From the NCBI GenBank assembly GCA_958439205.1, contig OY288189.1:511960-575959 (forward strand): a stretch of DNA of 64,000 nucleotides, written 5' to 3'. Position numbers and translations under genes: made by a program. This stretch comes from an uncultured Allorhizobium sp. (GTDB lineage: Bacteria > Pseudomonadota > Alphaproteobacteria > Rhizobiales > Rhizobiaceae). The notes under the pieces were generated by a model that worked only from the letters and a program-made list of their open reading frames with translations, was not told where the DNA came from and ran no database searches. Below, one piece after another: positions 10,606 through 21,315 of this stretch. The first letter of the stretch is position 1, and the number at the start of each line of letters is the position of its first letter.

Positions 10606-11928
10606 GTGACCACGCACTCTGACACGATTTTTGCTTTGGCTTCTGGTGCTTTGCCGGCCGGTGTTGCTGTTCTGAGGATCAGCGGACCGGCCGCTTTCAC
10701 GATGGTACGGAGCCTCGCTGGCGATCTCCCTGCCCCGCGGGTTGCTGCCCTGCGGACGATCCGCACGCCCGATGGGATGTTTCTCGATCGTGGGCTGGTT
10801 CTTGTCTTCCAGGGGCCTCATTCCTTCACCGGTGAGGACTGCGCAGAACTGCATCTCCACGGAGGGCGTGCAGTCGTGACCGCTGTTCTCACTTCATTAG
10901 CCGGATTCAACGGCGCCAGGTTGGCTGAAGCAGGTGAGTTCTCGCGGCGTGCCTTCGAAAATGGCAAGATGGATCTCGTGGAAGTCGAAGGTTTGGCGGA
11001 CCTGCTGGCAGCAGACACCGAGATGCAGCGGCGTCTGGCAGCCGAACAAGCGAGCGGTCAGCTGTCCAGCGTTTACGAAGGTTGGCGTGAGAAGCTCGTA
11101 TTCGCGCGTTCGATGCTCGAGGCAGAGCTGGATTTCAGCGATGAAGGCGATATTCCCGGCTCCGTGTCGGACCGCATCTGGGATGAAGTCGCCAGGTTGA
11201 AGGGTGAGGTAGACGACGCTCTCTCCAAACTGCGCGCTGGTGAGATCTTGCGTGATGGCTTCAGGGTGGCGCTCGCCGGCAAACCCAACGCGGGCAAGTC
11301 GAGCCTGATGAACGCGCTGGCGCAAAGGGATATCGCGATTGTGACCCCTATCGCCGGGACGACGAGAGATGTTGTCAGATGCGAGCTGGATATTGAAGGC
11401 TACAAGTTCGAGCTGTTCGATACCGCCGGGTTGAGAGATACGGACGATGTTATCGAGCGCGAAGGCATACGTCGCGCGGTGAAGACGATCAGCGATGCCG
11501 ATCTTGTACTGAATGTCATAGATCTCAGCGCGCTTGGCGACAACGACGTCAGTGAGTACGCCGGGCTGCGGGTGGGGTCGAAACTTGATCTCGTCGATGG
11601 GAAAGTCGATTCCTCCATTCGCTTCGATGTGTCGGTTTCCTCGTCCACTGGGGCGGGTCTCAATGAGTTGAGAAGCCTTCTACTGCAGGCCGTGCGAAGC
11701 AGTACGAATGTCGGCAGTCTTGCAATTCCCAGCCGTATGAGGCATGCAGAGCGCCTTCGCTCTGCATCTCACCATTTGCGGTCGGCTCTGGACGGGGTGT
11801 CATGTCCCCTCGAGCTGCGAGCTGAGGATTTACGGCTAGCTTCAGTTGAGCTGGCGCGTGTGACTGGTCGAATCGATACCGAAACGCTTTTGGGCAAAAT
11901 CTTCTCCGAATTCTGTGTCGGCAAGTGA
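10606..11928 (+). CDS. mnmE: tRNA modification GTPase MnmE
   Basis: [43 protein letters not shown]. Confidence 0.98.
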   Translation: MTTHSDTIFALASGALPAGVAVLRISGPAAFTMVRSLAGDLPAPRVAALRTIRTPDGMFLDRGLVLVFQGPHSFTGEDCAELHLHGGRAVVTAVLTSLAGFNGARLAEAGEFSRRAFENGKMDLVEVEGLADLLAADTEMQRRLAAEQASGQLSSVYEGWREKLVFARSMLEAELDFSDEGDIPGSVSDRIWDEVARLKGEVDDALSKLRAGEILRDGFRVALAGKPNAGKSSLMNALAQRDIAIVTPIAGTTRDVVRCELDIEGYKFELFDTAGLRDTDDVIEREGIRRAVKTISDADLVLNVIDLSALGDNDVSEYAGLRVGSKLDLVDGKVDSSIRFDVSVSSSTGAGLNELRSLLLQAVRSSTNVGSLAIPSRMRHAERLRSASHHLRSALDGVSCPLELRAEDLRLASVELARVTGRIDTETLLGKIFSEFCVGK

Positions 11929-11941
11929 TTCACGTGAAACA
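11926..11941. promoter_or_regulatory. parS centromere site 2
   Basis: TGATTCACGTGAAACA, 15/16 match to consensus. Confidence 0.88.
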
Positions 11942-11953
11942 GGCTTACTGTAC

Positions 11954-13825
11954 ATGTCTCAGAGAGATTTTGATGTAATCGTTGTCGGTGGAGGCCATGC
12001 CGGCACAGAGGCCGCTGCAGCATCTGCTCGTATGGGCGCGAAAACCGCGCTGGTTACTCACCGCTCCGATACAATTGGCGTGATGTCCTGCAATCCTGCA
12101 ATCGGCGGCCTCGGGAAAGGCCATCTTGTTCGCGAGATCGACGCACTCGACGGTCTTATGGGTCGCGCAGCGGACGAAGGCGGAATTCAGTTCCGCATGT
12201 TGAACAAGAAAAAGGGCCCGGCCGTCTGGGGACCCCGCACACAGGCGGATCGTAAGCTCTACCGACTTGCGGTTCAGCGCTTGATTCAGGAAACCGATAA
12301 TCTTGAAGTTCTAGAGGGAGGCGTGGCGGCCCTCATTCGTGACTCATCCGAAATAAATGGTGTCCTGCTCCATGATGGGCGGCACCTGCGAGCTTCGGCA
12401 GTGGTCTTGACGACCGGTACGTTCTTGAACGGGCTCATTCATATCGGTGATCGGAAAATTCCCGCTGGACGGGTTGGCGAGGCACCTGCCCTGGGCTTGA
12501 GCCATGATCTGGCCGACCTGGGGCTGAAACTCGGCCGTCTGAAGACGGGTACGCCGGCGCGTCTTGACCGAAAGACGATCCGCTGGGAGGGACTGGAGCT
12601 TCAGGAGGCTGATCCTGATCCCGTCCCGTTCTCATTCATGACGAAAGCCATCACCACGCCTCAGATCGCCTGCGGGATCACGAGGACGACTGCCCAAACC
12701 CATGAAATCATTCGGCAAAATATCCACCGGTCCGCCATGTATTCTGGTCAGATTGAGGGTGTCGGGCCGCGCTATTGCCCATCGATCGAAGACAAGATCA
12801 ACCGTTTCGGCGATCGTGACGGTCATCAGATCTTCCTCGAGCCGGAAGGCCTCGACGACGATACGATCTATCCCAATGGGATTTCCACTTCGCTACCCGA
12901 GGATGTCCAGGAGCTTTTCATCCGGTCTATTCCTGGTCTGGAGAACGTACGGATTTTGCAGCCTGGCTACGCAATTGAATATGACTATGTGGATCCCGAG
13001 CAGCTTGATCTTGGTCTAGCCGTGAAGGGTGCGAGCGGTCTGTTCCTTGCCGGGCAGATCAACGGCACGACGGGTTATGAAGAGGCCGGGGCACAGGGTC
13101 TAGTCGCCGGCATCAATGCAGCACGGTTTGCTGCCAACGAACCAGGGGTCAAGTTCAGCCGCACGGATTCCTACATCGGTGTGATGATTGATGACCTGAC
13201 ATCGCGGGGGGTCGCTGAGCCCTACCGCATGTTCACCTCCCGGGCGGAATATCGGCTTTCGCTTCGCGCCGACAATGCCGACATGCGCCTGACCCCCTTG
13301 GGCCTTGCTGTCGGCTGTGTTGGCTCGGACAGGGCGGCCAAGTTCACTCGATACCAAGAGCAACGTATTGATCTTTATGACAGATTGGGTTCACTGACAG
13401 CTTCGCCAAACGATATGTCTGCGGTCGGCGTGAGCGTGAATCAAGACGGGCGCCGTCGCTCAGCGCGCGAGATCCTCTCCTATCCTGATATTACCTGGGC
13501 TGACGTGGTCCGTGTGTGGCCAGATCTCTCCAGCGGAGATGCTACTATTGCGGCGGCGGTAGAGATTGATTGTCTCTACCATGTCTATCTGGAACGCCAG
13601 TCTGCAGATGTCGCCGGTTTGCGCGCTGAAGAGGAGCGCCAGATTCCGGATGAGTTCAGCTACGAAGCGTTGCCTGGTCTGTCGAATGAGTTGAAGTCAA
13701 AGCTCTCAGCACTTCGCCCAGCCAATGTGGCGCAGGCTAGCCGTATCGAAGGTATGACGCCGGCGGCGGTGGCTTTGTTGGTGGCACATCTGCGCAAAAA
13801 CTCGATTGGTCGATTGGCTTCGTAA
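11954..13825 (+). CDS. mnmG: tRNA uridine 5-carboxymethylaminomethyl modification enzyme MnmG (GidA)
   Basis: [42 protein letters not shown]; start ATG 11954 (in-frame GTG 11915 is possible). Confidence 0.98.
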   Translation: MSQRDFDVIVVGGGHAGTEAAAASARMGAKTALVTHRSDTIGVMSCNPAIGGLGKGHLVREIDALDGLMGRAADEGGIQFRMLNKKKGPAVWGPRTQADRKLYRLAVQRLIQETDNLEVLEGGVAALIRDSSEINGVLLHDGRHLRASAVVLTTGTFLNGLIHIGDRKIPAGRVGEAPALGLSHDLADLGLKLGRLKTGTPARLDRKTIRWEGLELQEADPDPVPFSFMTKAITTPQIACGITRTTAQTHEIIRQNIHRSAMYSGQIEGVGPRYCPSIEDKINRFGDRDGHQIFLEPEGLDDDTIYPNGISTSLPEDVQELFIRSIPGLENVRILQPGYAIEYDYVDPEQLDLGLAVKGASGLFLAGQINGTTGYEEAGAQGLVAGINAARFAANEPGVKFSRTDSYIGVMIDDLTSRGVAEPYRMFTSRAEYRLSLRADNADMRLTPLGLAVGCVGSDRAAKFTRYQEQRIDLYDRLGSLTASPNDMSAVGVSVNQDGRRRSAREILSYPDITWADVVRVWPDLSSGDATIAAAVEIDCLYHVYLERQSADVAGLRAEEERQIPDEFSYEALPGLSNELKSKLSALRPANVAQASRIEGMTPAAVALLVAHLRKNSIGRLAS

Positions 13826-13826
13826 A

Positions 13827-14456
13827 ATGAAATCTATAGTTCGAGATTATGGAATCGATGTTTCACGTGAAACGCAGGCACGCCTCGAGCGGTTTGCAGA
13901 CCTGTTCCTGAAATGGGCTGCACGGATAAATCTAATCGCCCCTTCGACAATTGAACAGGTTTGGGCCCGCCATATCGTCGACTCGTTGCAGATTCGAAAC
14001 ATTGTGCCCCAACCAGGCCGCTGGATCGATATTGGTAGCGGTGGCGGCTTCCCGGGCATCATCACCGCAATCACTCTTGCAGAAAGTCAGGACGGCTGGA
14101 TTGATCTGGTTGAGAGCAACAACAAGAAGTGTAGCTTCCTGCGCATGGCTATCACTGAAACTGGCGGTCGTGGTAAAGTCCACCCTGTGAGGATCGAAGA
14201 GGCGGTCAAGTCGCTAGAAGCTCCGGATTTCATTTCCGCCAGGGCGCTTGCCGATCTGGATGCATTGTTCGGTTATGCTATGCCCTGGGCCGAGACCAAT
14301 CCCGATCTCCGTCTGGTTTTTCATAAAGGCAGGGATTATCAGGCTGAAATCGATAAAGCGCGTGGTCGCTGGGACTTTGATCTGATAAAACATCAAAGCG
14401 TGGTCGAGGCAGATTCCGTTATCCTAGAGATCGCCTCCCTGACGCGCAGGGTTTAA
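13827..14456 (+). CDS. rsmG: 16S rRNA m7G527 methyltransferase RsmG (GidB)
   Basis: [32 protein letters not shown]; start ATG 13827 just after the mnmG stop. Confidence 0.96.
   Translation: MKSIVRDYGIDVSRETQARLERFADLFLKWAARINLIAPSTIEQVWARHIVDSLQIRNIVPQPGRWIDIGSGGGFPGIITAITLAESQDGWIDLVESNNKKCSFLRMAITETGGRGKVHPVRIEEAVKSLEAPDFISARALADLDALFGYAMPWAETNPDLRLVFHKGRDYQAEIDKARGRWDFDLIKHQSVVEADSVILEIASLTRRV
13859..13874. promoter_or_regulatory. parS centromere site 3 (inside rsmG)
   Basis: TGTTTCACGTGAAACG, 15/16 match, encoding VSRET. Confidence 0.88.
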
Positions 14457-14471
14457 CGCTTCGGGTGCCAA

Positions 14472-15266
14472 ATGAGTCTCGAGAAAAACCGTATCATTAC
14501 CATTGCCAACCAAAAGGGCGGCGTGGGGAAGACCACGACGGCCATTAATCTGGCAACCGCGCTGGCCGCCATCGGCGAGCGCGTGCTCATCGTTGATCTC
14601 GACCCCCAGGGTAATGCGAGTACTGGCCTCGGAATCGACCGTCGAGATCGCCGTCTATCTTCCTATGACGTGCTGATCGGTACGCATTCGATCTCAGACG
14701 CAGTGTTGGATACGGCTGTGCCCAATCTTTCCATCGTGCCCTCTACGATGGATCTTCTTGGCTTCGAGATGGAGATTTCGCAGCAGTCCGATCGTGTGTT
14801 CCGCCTCCGCAAGGCACTCAATCTCGATGATGCGCGTGCCTACAGCTATGTTCTTCTCGATTGCCCGCCGTCGTTCAATCTGTTGACGATGAATGCCATG
14901 GCTGCAGCCCATTCCGTGCTTGTGCCCTTGCAGTGCGAGTTTTTCGCGCTCGAAGGGCTGAGCCAGCTGCTCGATACGATCAACCAGGTCCGGCAGACCG
15001 TCAACCCCACCCTGGATATCCAGGGCATCGTGCTGACGATGTTCGATTCCCGCAACAACCTGGCTCAGCAGGTGGTGAGCGATGTTCGGGAGCATCTCGG
15101 TGAAAAGGTCTACACGACCTTGATACCCCGCAATGTTCGGGTATCCGAAGCGCCGTCTTATGGTAAGCCGGCTATCCTTTATGATCTGAAATGTGCTGGC
15201 AGTCAGGCATACTTGCAGTTGGCTTCCGAGGTCATCCAGCGCGAGCGGCAGCGAAAAGCCGCTTAA
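14472..15266 (+). CDS. parA: Chromosome partitioning ATPase ParA
   Basis: ANQKGGVGKTTT, DLDPQGNA, DCPPS, PLQCEFFALEG, IPRNVRVSEAPS. Confidence 0.98.
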   Translation: MSLEKNRIITIANQKGGVGKTTTAINLATALAAIGERVLIVDLDPQGNASTGLGIDRRDRRLSSYDVLIGTHSISDAVLDTAVPNLSIVPSTMDLLGFEMEISQQSDRVFRLRKALNLDDARAYSYVLLDCPPSFNLLTMNAMAAAHSVLVPLQCEFFALEGLSQLLDTINQVRQTVNPTLDIQGIVLTMFDSRNNLAQQVVSDVREHLGEKVYTTLIPRNVRVSEAPSYGKPAILYDLKCAGSQAYLQLASEVIQRERQRKAA

Positions 15267-15287
15267 TCTTCGTACAAGGGTGTGAGT

Positions 15288-16169
15288 ATGAGCGAAGACG
15301 TATCGAAACGCCGCCTCGGGCGCGGCCTGGCAGCGTTGATCGGTGAAATGGATCAGCCGGTTCCCGCCGGCGAAGCGCGGCCGACTGTCAATCCGGATCG
15401 TACCGTTCCAATCGAGTTCGTCGCTCGCAGCCCCAGAAACCCCCGTCGTTATTTCGATGAAGCCGAGTTGCAGGATCTTGCCGGTTCCATTCGCCAGCAT
15501 GGGATCGTGCAGCCTGTCGTCGTTCGCACTGTCGGAACCGACCGCTTCGAGATCATTGCCGGCGAACGTCGTTGGCGTGCGGCCCAGCTGGCCGGGCTCG
15601 TCCAGATTCCGGTCATTGTCCGTGATGTCGATGATCGGACTGCTCTGGAACTTGCCATTGTCGAAAACGTCCAGCGTGCAGACCTCAATCCCCTCGAAGA
15701 AGCGCTTGGCTATGAGCAGCTGATTGCCGAGCATGGCTATACCCAGAATGATCTGGGTGAGATCATCGGCAAGAGCCGTAGTCATGTGGCCAACAGTCTT
15801 CGGCTGTTGAAGCTTCCTGATCCGGTCCGGGACATGCTGGCGGATGGAAGCCTGTCGGCTGGACATGCGCGTGCCCTGGTTTCCACGCCTGATCCGGTTG
15901 TTCTGGCGAAAACGATCGCGCAGAAGGGCCTCTCCGTCCGTGATGCCGAGAAGCTGGCTCAGAACCACATCAAGGCACAGCAGGCGCCAGCGCCGACCGA
16001 GGTTCGTGAATCCAAGGATTCGGACACGATTGCCCTCGAGCGTAGCCTTTCGGATCGCCTAGGGCTGTCTGTATCGATCAATCACAAGGGCGGCGGCGGT
16101 CAGCTCAAGATCAACTACAAGACACTAGATCAACTTGAAGAGATCTGCAGGCTTCTGGAAGCCCGGTAA
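15288..16169 (+). CDS. parB: Chromosome partitioning protein ParB
   Basis: RRLGRGLAALIG, IIAGERRWRAA, ENVQRADLNPLEEA, KSRSHVAN HTH. Confidence 0.98.
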   Translation: MSEDVSKRRLGRGLAALIGEMDQPVPAGEARPTVNPDRTVPIEFVARSPRNPRRYFDEAELQDLAGSIRQHGIVQPVVVRTVGTDRFEIIAGERRWRAAQLAGLVQIPVIVRDVDDRTALELAIVENVQRADLNPLEEALGYEQLIAEHGYTQNDLGEIIGKSRSHVANSLRLLKLPDPVRDMLADGSLSAGHARALVSTPDPVVLAKTIAQKGLSVRDAEKLAQNHIKAQQAPAPTEVRESKDSDTIALERSLSDRLGLSVSINHKGGGGQLKINYKTLDQLEEICRLLEAR

Positions 16170-17216
16170 TCAGCCGCGGCGATTGCGGCGCGCAGATTGC
16201 AACGTGGTTGCCAACAGCGTCTGGATGGCAAGATTGTCTTCGAGTGCCGCGTTCTGCCTGCTCTGCAGAATTGCCGCGTTGAGGCGTGCCCCTTCGCGGG
16301 CCAGATCAGAACTGTTCCAGTTCCGTAACGCTTTCTCGATGATCGGCTTCCGTTTGAAATGGATGCCGCGCCCGAGGGTTTGAAGAACCTGCGCCGGCTG
16401 CTGTTGGCGCTCCTCCATCTCGATCCGCATCGTCTCCAGCAGCTGTACCTGCTTCATCGTGCCTTGCAGCACGAGGAAGACGGCCGTCTTCGAGGCTATG
16501 ACCTTTTGAATAGCATGCAGGAAGCCATCGGGGTCGCCGGACAACACGGCATCGACGACCTCGTCCGTCGACACGGCGCTGGCGTCACCAACGATCTCGA
16601 AGACATGCTTTTCGTCAATGAGATCGTCATTCATGCAATAGAGAAGGAGCTTCTGGATCTCGTTGCGCGACGCTATTCGATCTCCGCCGATGGAATCGAG
16701 CAAGAGTTCACGTGCAGCAGGGGTGATCCGCAAGTTCGCCGTTGCAAGCTCCGCATCTATCAAGGCATTCAAGGCTCTCGCATCGTCCTGGTAACAGGCG
16801 ATACAGGCCACGCTGCGCTCTCCTTCCGCGACCTTGCGCAAGGCGGAGCCCTTCTTGAGGTCGCCCGCTTCGATCAGCAGGTAACTTCCTTCCGGTGGAT
16901 GCGCCGCGATATGGGCCAACCCATCGACGAGCTGTTTTTCATTGGCAGCGCCACGCACCCATATCAGCTTCTCGCCGCCGAAGAGCCCAAACGCGTTCAC
17001 CTCGTCGATCAGCCGACCGGGATCCGATTGAACATCAGATGCGTCCAGTCTGATCAAAGCGAAGCCATCGCTTAGATCGACGCCCGTTGTGGCAGCCACC
17101 TGTGCTGCGCGCTCCGCCACAAGCCCACGGTCGGGGCCATAGACAACAACCAACCTGTAGTGCCTGGCCGACTTGGCCAGGAATCCATCAAACTCGTGGG
17201 ATTTAACTTCCACCAT
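16170..17216 (-). CDS. holA: DNA polymerase III delta subunit
   Basis: YGPDRGLVAERA, FGLFGGEK, GGDRIASRNEIQKL; synteny leuS-lptE-holA. Confidence 0.93.
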   Translation of the reverse strand: MVEVKSHEFDGFLAKSARHYRLVVVYGPDRGLVAERAAQVAATTGVDLSDGFALIRLDASDVQSDPGRLIDEVNAFGLFGGEKLIWVRGAANEKQLVDGLAHIAAHPPEGSYLLIEAGDLKKGSALRKVAEGERSVACIACYQDDARALNALIDAELATANLRITPAARELLLDSIGGDRIASRNEIQKLLLYCMNDDLIDEKHVFEIVGDASAVSTDEVVDAVLSGDPDGFLHAIQKVIASKTAVFLVLQGTMKQVQLLETMRIEMEERQQQPAQVLQTLGRGIHFKRKPIIEKALRNWNSSDLAREGARLNAAILQSRQNAALEDNLAIQTLLATTLQSARRNRRG

Positions 17217-17225
17217 GGTCGCCGA

Positions 17226-17741
17226 TCAGCGACCAAGTGCCATAGCGAGATCGGCGTAGATGAACTCGGCCAGTTCACGGGCGGCCCGCGTCTCTGCGTC
17301 GCGCGCAGCACGGAGCTTGGCGAATTCCTGACGCGGATAGTCGAAGAGCGCCACACCGGTTCTGCGACCCGTCTTGACGACGGTGTCGTCCGAAATGCGC
17401 TTCAAGGTGTATGTGCCGACGATCGCTGCCCGACCCGCGTTTGGCGTGTCCGCAGCCTCGTCGAGAAGGATACCTTCGACGCCGCCGCTGACGACGAGCT
17501 CGACCCGGTATTCGGGGGTCTGCGATTCCTTGCCGCCGTTCGTCAGGAAGATCAGACGGTTACGCGTTTCCAGCCCGACGCGGCTGGTCGCTTCCGAATA
17601 GGAAATTGCGGCCAGAGCGCCACGGGTTTCCCCATTGGCGTCCTGGTACAGGGGACGTGCCTGGCATCCCGCCAGAAGCAGGGCCGCACCGATCAGAAGC
17701 GAGCGCCGAAGCACCGTGGATGGCTTGAGTTCAGAGGACAA
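17226..17741 (-). CDS. lptE: LPS assembly lipoprotein LptE-like
   Basis: Lipobox LLAGC then QARPLY; located between leuS and holA. Confidence 0.8.
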   Translation of the reverse strand: MSSELKPSTVLRRSLLIGAALLLAGCQARPLYQDANGETRGALAAISYSEATSRVGLETRNRLIFLTNGGKESQTPEYRVELVVSGGVEGILLDEAADTPNAGRAAIVGTYTLKRISDDTVVKTGRRTGVALFDYPRQEFAKLRAARDAETRAARELAEFIYADLAMALGR

Positions 17742-20352
17742 TATTCACGATCCTTAGCGGGACGACGATGATCTTCTTCGGAGCCTGACCGTTGAGCGCG
17801 GTCTTGACGGCATCGAGCGCCAGCACGGCTGCCTGAACTGCATTCTGGTCTGCGTCGCGCGCGATTGTCAATTCAGCGCGCTTCTTGCCATTGATCTGCA
17901 CAGGCAGAACAATTTCGTTTTCAGCGACCAGGCCTTCATCGAATTGCGGCCAGGCTGCCTTGGCAATCAGGCCCTTGTTGCCGAGGATGGACCAGCATTC
18001 TTCGGCCAGATGCGGCGTCATCGGCGCAATCAACTGTACGAGAATCTCGGCCGCGTTGCGCACGGCAGCGACATAGGCGGTATCGCCCTGCCCTGATGCG
18101 ACATTGGTCAGCGGTGCGGCAAGTGCGTTGACCAGTTCGTAGATGCGCGCGATCGCCTTATTGAAGGCCAGCTTGTCCAAGTCGCCCTGAACAGCCTTCA
18201 GCGTCTTGTGCGCGATCTGCGATACGGAAAGCGCTTCGCCTTCGTTAGCCGGATTCGGTGCAACGGACTTCAGTCTGTCGGCCGCTTCCGAGACCAGGCG
18301 CCAGACTCGCTGGACGAAGCGGTGGGCGCCTTCGACGCCGGCTTCGGACCAGATCACGTCACGATCCGGCGGCGAGTCGGAGAGAACAAAGAAGCGTGCG
18401 GTATCGGCGCCGTAAGAGCCGATGATGTCATCGGGGTCGACGACATTCTTCTTCGATTTCGACATCTTCTCGATGGAGCCGATCTTGGCCTCCTGGCCAT
18501 TGGTCAGCAGATATGCCCGGCGAGCACCGTCGGTTTCCTCGATCCGCAGATCGACAGGGGCAACCCATTCGCGCGTCAGACCTTCGCCGATGCTATAGGT
18601 CTCGTGCACGACCATGCCCTGGGTGAAGAGACCCTTGAAAGGCTCCTTGATCCCTACATGGCCTGTCTCGCGCATCGCGCGGGTGAAGAAGCGCGAATAG
18701 AGCAGATGCAGGATCGCATGCTCGATGCCGCCGATATACTGATCGACCGGCAGCCAATGGCTGGCGACCGCCGGATCCGTCGGATTGTCTTCCCACGGCG
18801 CGGTGAAACGGGCGAAGTACCAGCTGGAATCGACGAACGTGTCCATCGTGTCCGTCTCGCGACGGGCATCCTTGCCGCAGCAAGGGCAGGCTACATGCCT
18901 CCACGTGGCGTGGCGGTCGAGCGGGTTGCCCGGCTTGTCGAAGCTGACATCGTCGGGGAGCTTGACCGGCAGGTCTTTCTTCGGAACGGGCACGACGCCG
19001 CAATCATCGCAGTGAATGACCGGGATCGGGCAACCCCAGTAACGCTGACGGGAGATGCCCCAGTCGCGCAGGCGGAAGTTGACCTTGCGCTCGCCTTGCG
19101 GCGCGCCGTTCAGCTGCTGCGAGGACAGGCGCTTGGCGACTTCCTCAAAGGCTTCCGTCGTGGACATGCCATCGAGGAAGCGCGAATTGATCATCACGCC
19201 GTCATCGGTAAACGCGGTATCACCGATCTCAAAGGTTGCAGCGTCGCTGTCCTTCGGCATGACGACCGGGACCACCGGCAAGTCATATTTGCGGGCGAAG
19301 TCGAGGTCGCGCTGGTCGCCGGAGGGGCAGCCGAAGATCGCGCCCGTGCCGTATTCCATGAGAACGAAGTTCGCGACATAGACCGGCAGCTCCCAGCTCG
19401 GATCGAGCGGGTGCTTTACCCGGATGCCGGTATCGATGCCCTTCTTCTCGGCTGTTTCCAGAGCCGCAAGCGACGTGCCGGCATGACGGCATTCCTGGCA
19501 GAAGGCATCAACGGCTTCATCACGCGCCGCAGCTTCCTTCGCCATCGGATGATCGGCGGCGATCGCCAGGAAGGAGGCGCCGAACAGGGTATCGGGACGG
19601 GTCGTGTAAACAGTGACTTCCCCAGCCGCGCTGCCGGACGCCACTTCCCAACGCACAGCCATGCCTTCAGAGCGGCCGATCCAGTTCTTCTGCATCAGCC
19701 GAACCTTTTCAGGCCACTGGTCGAGTTCGTCCAGCGCGTCAAGCAGGTCCTGGCTGAAATCGGTGATCTTGAAGAACCACTGTGTCAGTTCGCGCTGTTC
19801 GACCAGTGCACCCGAGCGCCAGCCGCGACCGTCGATGACCTGCTCGTTGGCGAGCACCGTCATATCCTCGGGGTCCCAGTTGACCTTGGAATTCTTGCGA
19901 TAGACGAGACCCTTTTCCAGGAAATCCAGGAAGAGGTGCTGCTGGCGATGGTAGTAGTCGACGTCGCAGGTCGCGAATTCACGCGACCAGTCGAGCGACA
20001 GGCCCATGGACTTCAGCTGACCACGCATGGTGGCAATGTTCTCATAGGTCCAGGCCTTGGGATGAACCTTGTTCTTCATCGCCGCATTTTCGGCCGGCAT
20101 GCCGAAAGCGTCCCAGCCCATCGGGTGCAGAACGTTGTATCCGCGGGCACGCTTGTAGCGAGCCACAACGTCGCCCATCGCATAGTTGCGCACATGGCCC
20201 ATATGGATGCGTCCCGAGGGATAGGGGAACATCTCGAGGACGTAGTATTTCTCGCGCGGATCAGCGTTGTCCGTCTCGAAGACCTTGTCTTCGGACCATT
20301 TGACCTGCCAACGGGGCTCGGCGTCGCGCGGATTGTAACGTTCGGTAGCCAT
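17731..20352 (-). CDS. leuS: Leucine--tRNA ligase
   Basis: [31 protein letters not shown]; start ATG 20352 (MATERYNP). Confidence 0.99.
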   Translation of the reverse strand: MATERYNPRDAEPRWQVKWSEDKVFETDNADPREKYYVLEMFPYPSGRIHMGHVRNYAMGDVVARYKRARGYNVLHPMGWDAFGMPAENAAMKNKVHPKAWTYENIATMRGQLKSMGLSLDWSREFATCDVDYYHRQQHLFLDFLEKGLVYRKNSKVNWDPEDMTVLANEQVIDGRGWRSGALVEQRELTQWFFKITDFSQDLLDALDELDQWPEKVRLMQKNWIGRSEGMAVRWEVASGSAAGEVTVYTTRPDTLFGASFLAIAADHPMAKEAAARDEAVDAFCQECRHAGTSLAALETAEKKGIDTGIRVKHPLDPSWELPVYVANFVLMEYGTGAIFGCPSGDQRDLDFARKYDLPVVPVVMPKDSDAATFEIGDTAFTDDGVMINSRFLDGMSTTEAFEEVAKRLSSQQLNGAPQGERKVNFRLRDWGISRQRYWGCPIPVIHCDDCGVVPVPKKDLPVKLPDDVSFDKPGNPLDRHATWRHVACPCCGKDARRETDTMDTFVDSSWYFARFTAPWEDNPTDPAVASHWLPVDQYIGGIEHAILHLLYSRFFTRAMRETGHVGIKEPFKGLFTQGMVVHETYSIGEGLTREWVAPVDLRIEETDGARRAYLLTNGQEAKIGSIEKMSKSKKNVVDPDDIIGSYGADTARFFVLSDSPPDRDVIWSEAGVEGAHRFVQRVWRLVSEAADRLKSVAPNPANEGEALSVSQIAHKTLKAVQGDLDKLAFNKAIARIYELVNALAAPLTNVASGQGDTAYVAAVRNAAEILVQLIAPMTPHLAEECWSILGNKGLIAKAAWPQFDEGLVAENEIVLPVQINGKKRAELTIARDADQNAVQAAVLALDAVKTALNGQAPKKIIVVPLRIVNIVL

Positions 20353-20545
20353 GGATTGCATTTCCGGGAATAGCATCAAAAAGAGAGGGCCGACCTTCAT
20401 CATGAAACCGGCCAAGCGTCAAGTTTTTGAGGCATTCACGCGACCTTTCCGCGCCCGCGCTTGCCATCGTCCAAGGCTGCGATTAACCCCTTGCAGAAAG
20501 TTCTGGTGACGCCAGATATCGAGCAGATCAACACGAGGGTTTGGC

Positions 20546-21205
20546 ATGTCAGTTGAACAGCGGCTTCAGGACGTTCGGGACAAAATCGCGAAGGCAGCGG
20601 AAGAAGCAGGTCGTGAGCCGGATTCGGTTTCACTCGTTGCAGTGTCGAAAACCTTCGATGCCGAGCATATCAGGCCGACAATTCAACTCGGACAGCGGGT
20701 ATTCGGTGAAAACCGGGTGCAGGAAGCGCAGGGCAAATGGCCAGCCTTGAAGGCTGAAACACCTGCCATCGAACTGCATCTCATCGGCCCCCTTCAGTCG
20801 AACAAGGCCGCCGATGCCGTGGCGCTTTTTGATGTCGTCGAGACTGTCGATCGCGAGAAGATCGTGCGTGCACTTGCAGAGGAAGTGAAACGGCAGGGGC
20901 GCAGCATTCGCTTCTACATTCAGGTCAACACGGGGCTTGAACCGCAGAAGGCCGGGATCGCGCCCGACGATGTGGCTTCGTTCGTCGGGCTCTGCCGGGA
21001 TGAACTGGGCATGCAGATCGAGGGGCTGATGTGCATCCCGCCGGTCGATGAAAATCCAGGTCCGCATTTTGCACTTCTGGCAAAGCTTGCGGGCGAAAAC
21101 GGTCTCGAGAAGTTGTCGATGGGCATGTCGGGCGATTTCGAGACGGCGATCGGCTTCGGGGCGACCAGTGTGCGTGTCGGTTCGGCGATTTTTGGCACAC
21201 GTTAA
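20546..21205 (+). CDS. yggS: PLP homeostasis protein (YggS/PLPBP family)
   Basis: LVAVSKT, FGENRVQE, HLIGPLQSNK, GLMCIPP, LSMGMSGD, VRVGSAIFG. Confidence 0.96.
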   Translation: MSVEQRLQDVRDKIAKAAEEAGREPDSVSLVAVSKTFDAEHIRPTIQLGQRVFGENRVQEAQGKWPALKAETPAIELHLIGPLQSNKAADAVALFDVVETVDREKIVRALAEEVKRQGRSIRFYIQVNTGLEPQKAGIAPDDVASFVGLCRDELGMQIEGLMCIPPVDENPGPHFALLAKLAGENGLEKLSMGMSGDFETAIGFGATSVRVGSAIFGTR

Positions 21206-21315
21206 GTTGCCTTAGACCTTCGGCATAGCGCTTTGGTCTCTCTTCCCTCCTCCCTTCGTCGATCCTAAAATGACGGTAAAGGCGAAAGCCGAAGCGTTGT
21301 CACGGGAGGATCGAC

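Noticed and set aside
18208-20373. 721-aa plus-strand ORF antisense to leuS (likewise the long antisense ORFs over rho, acs, purH, gdh, araD, the KGSA dehydrogenase and acnA)
   Set aside because: These are shadow ORFs. Strong GC3 codon bias in the real genes removes stop codons from the antisense frame, and the translations show no family motifs.
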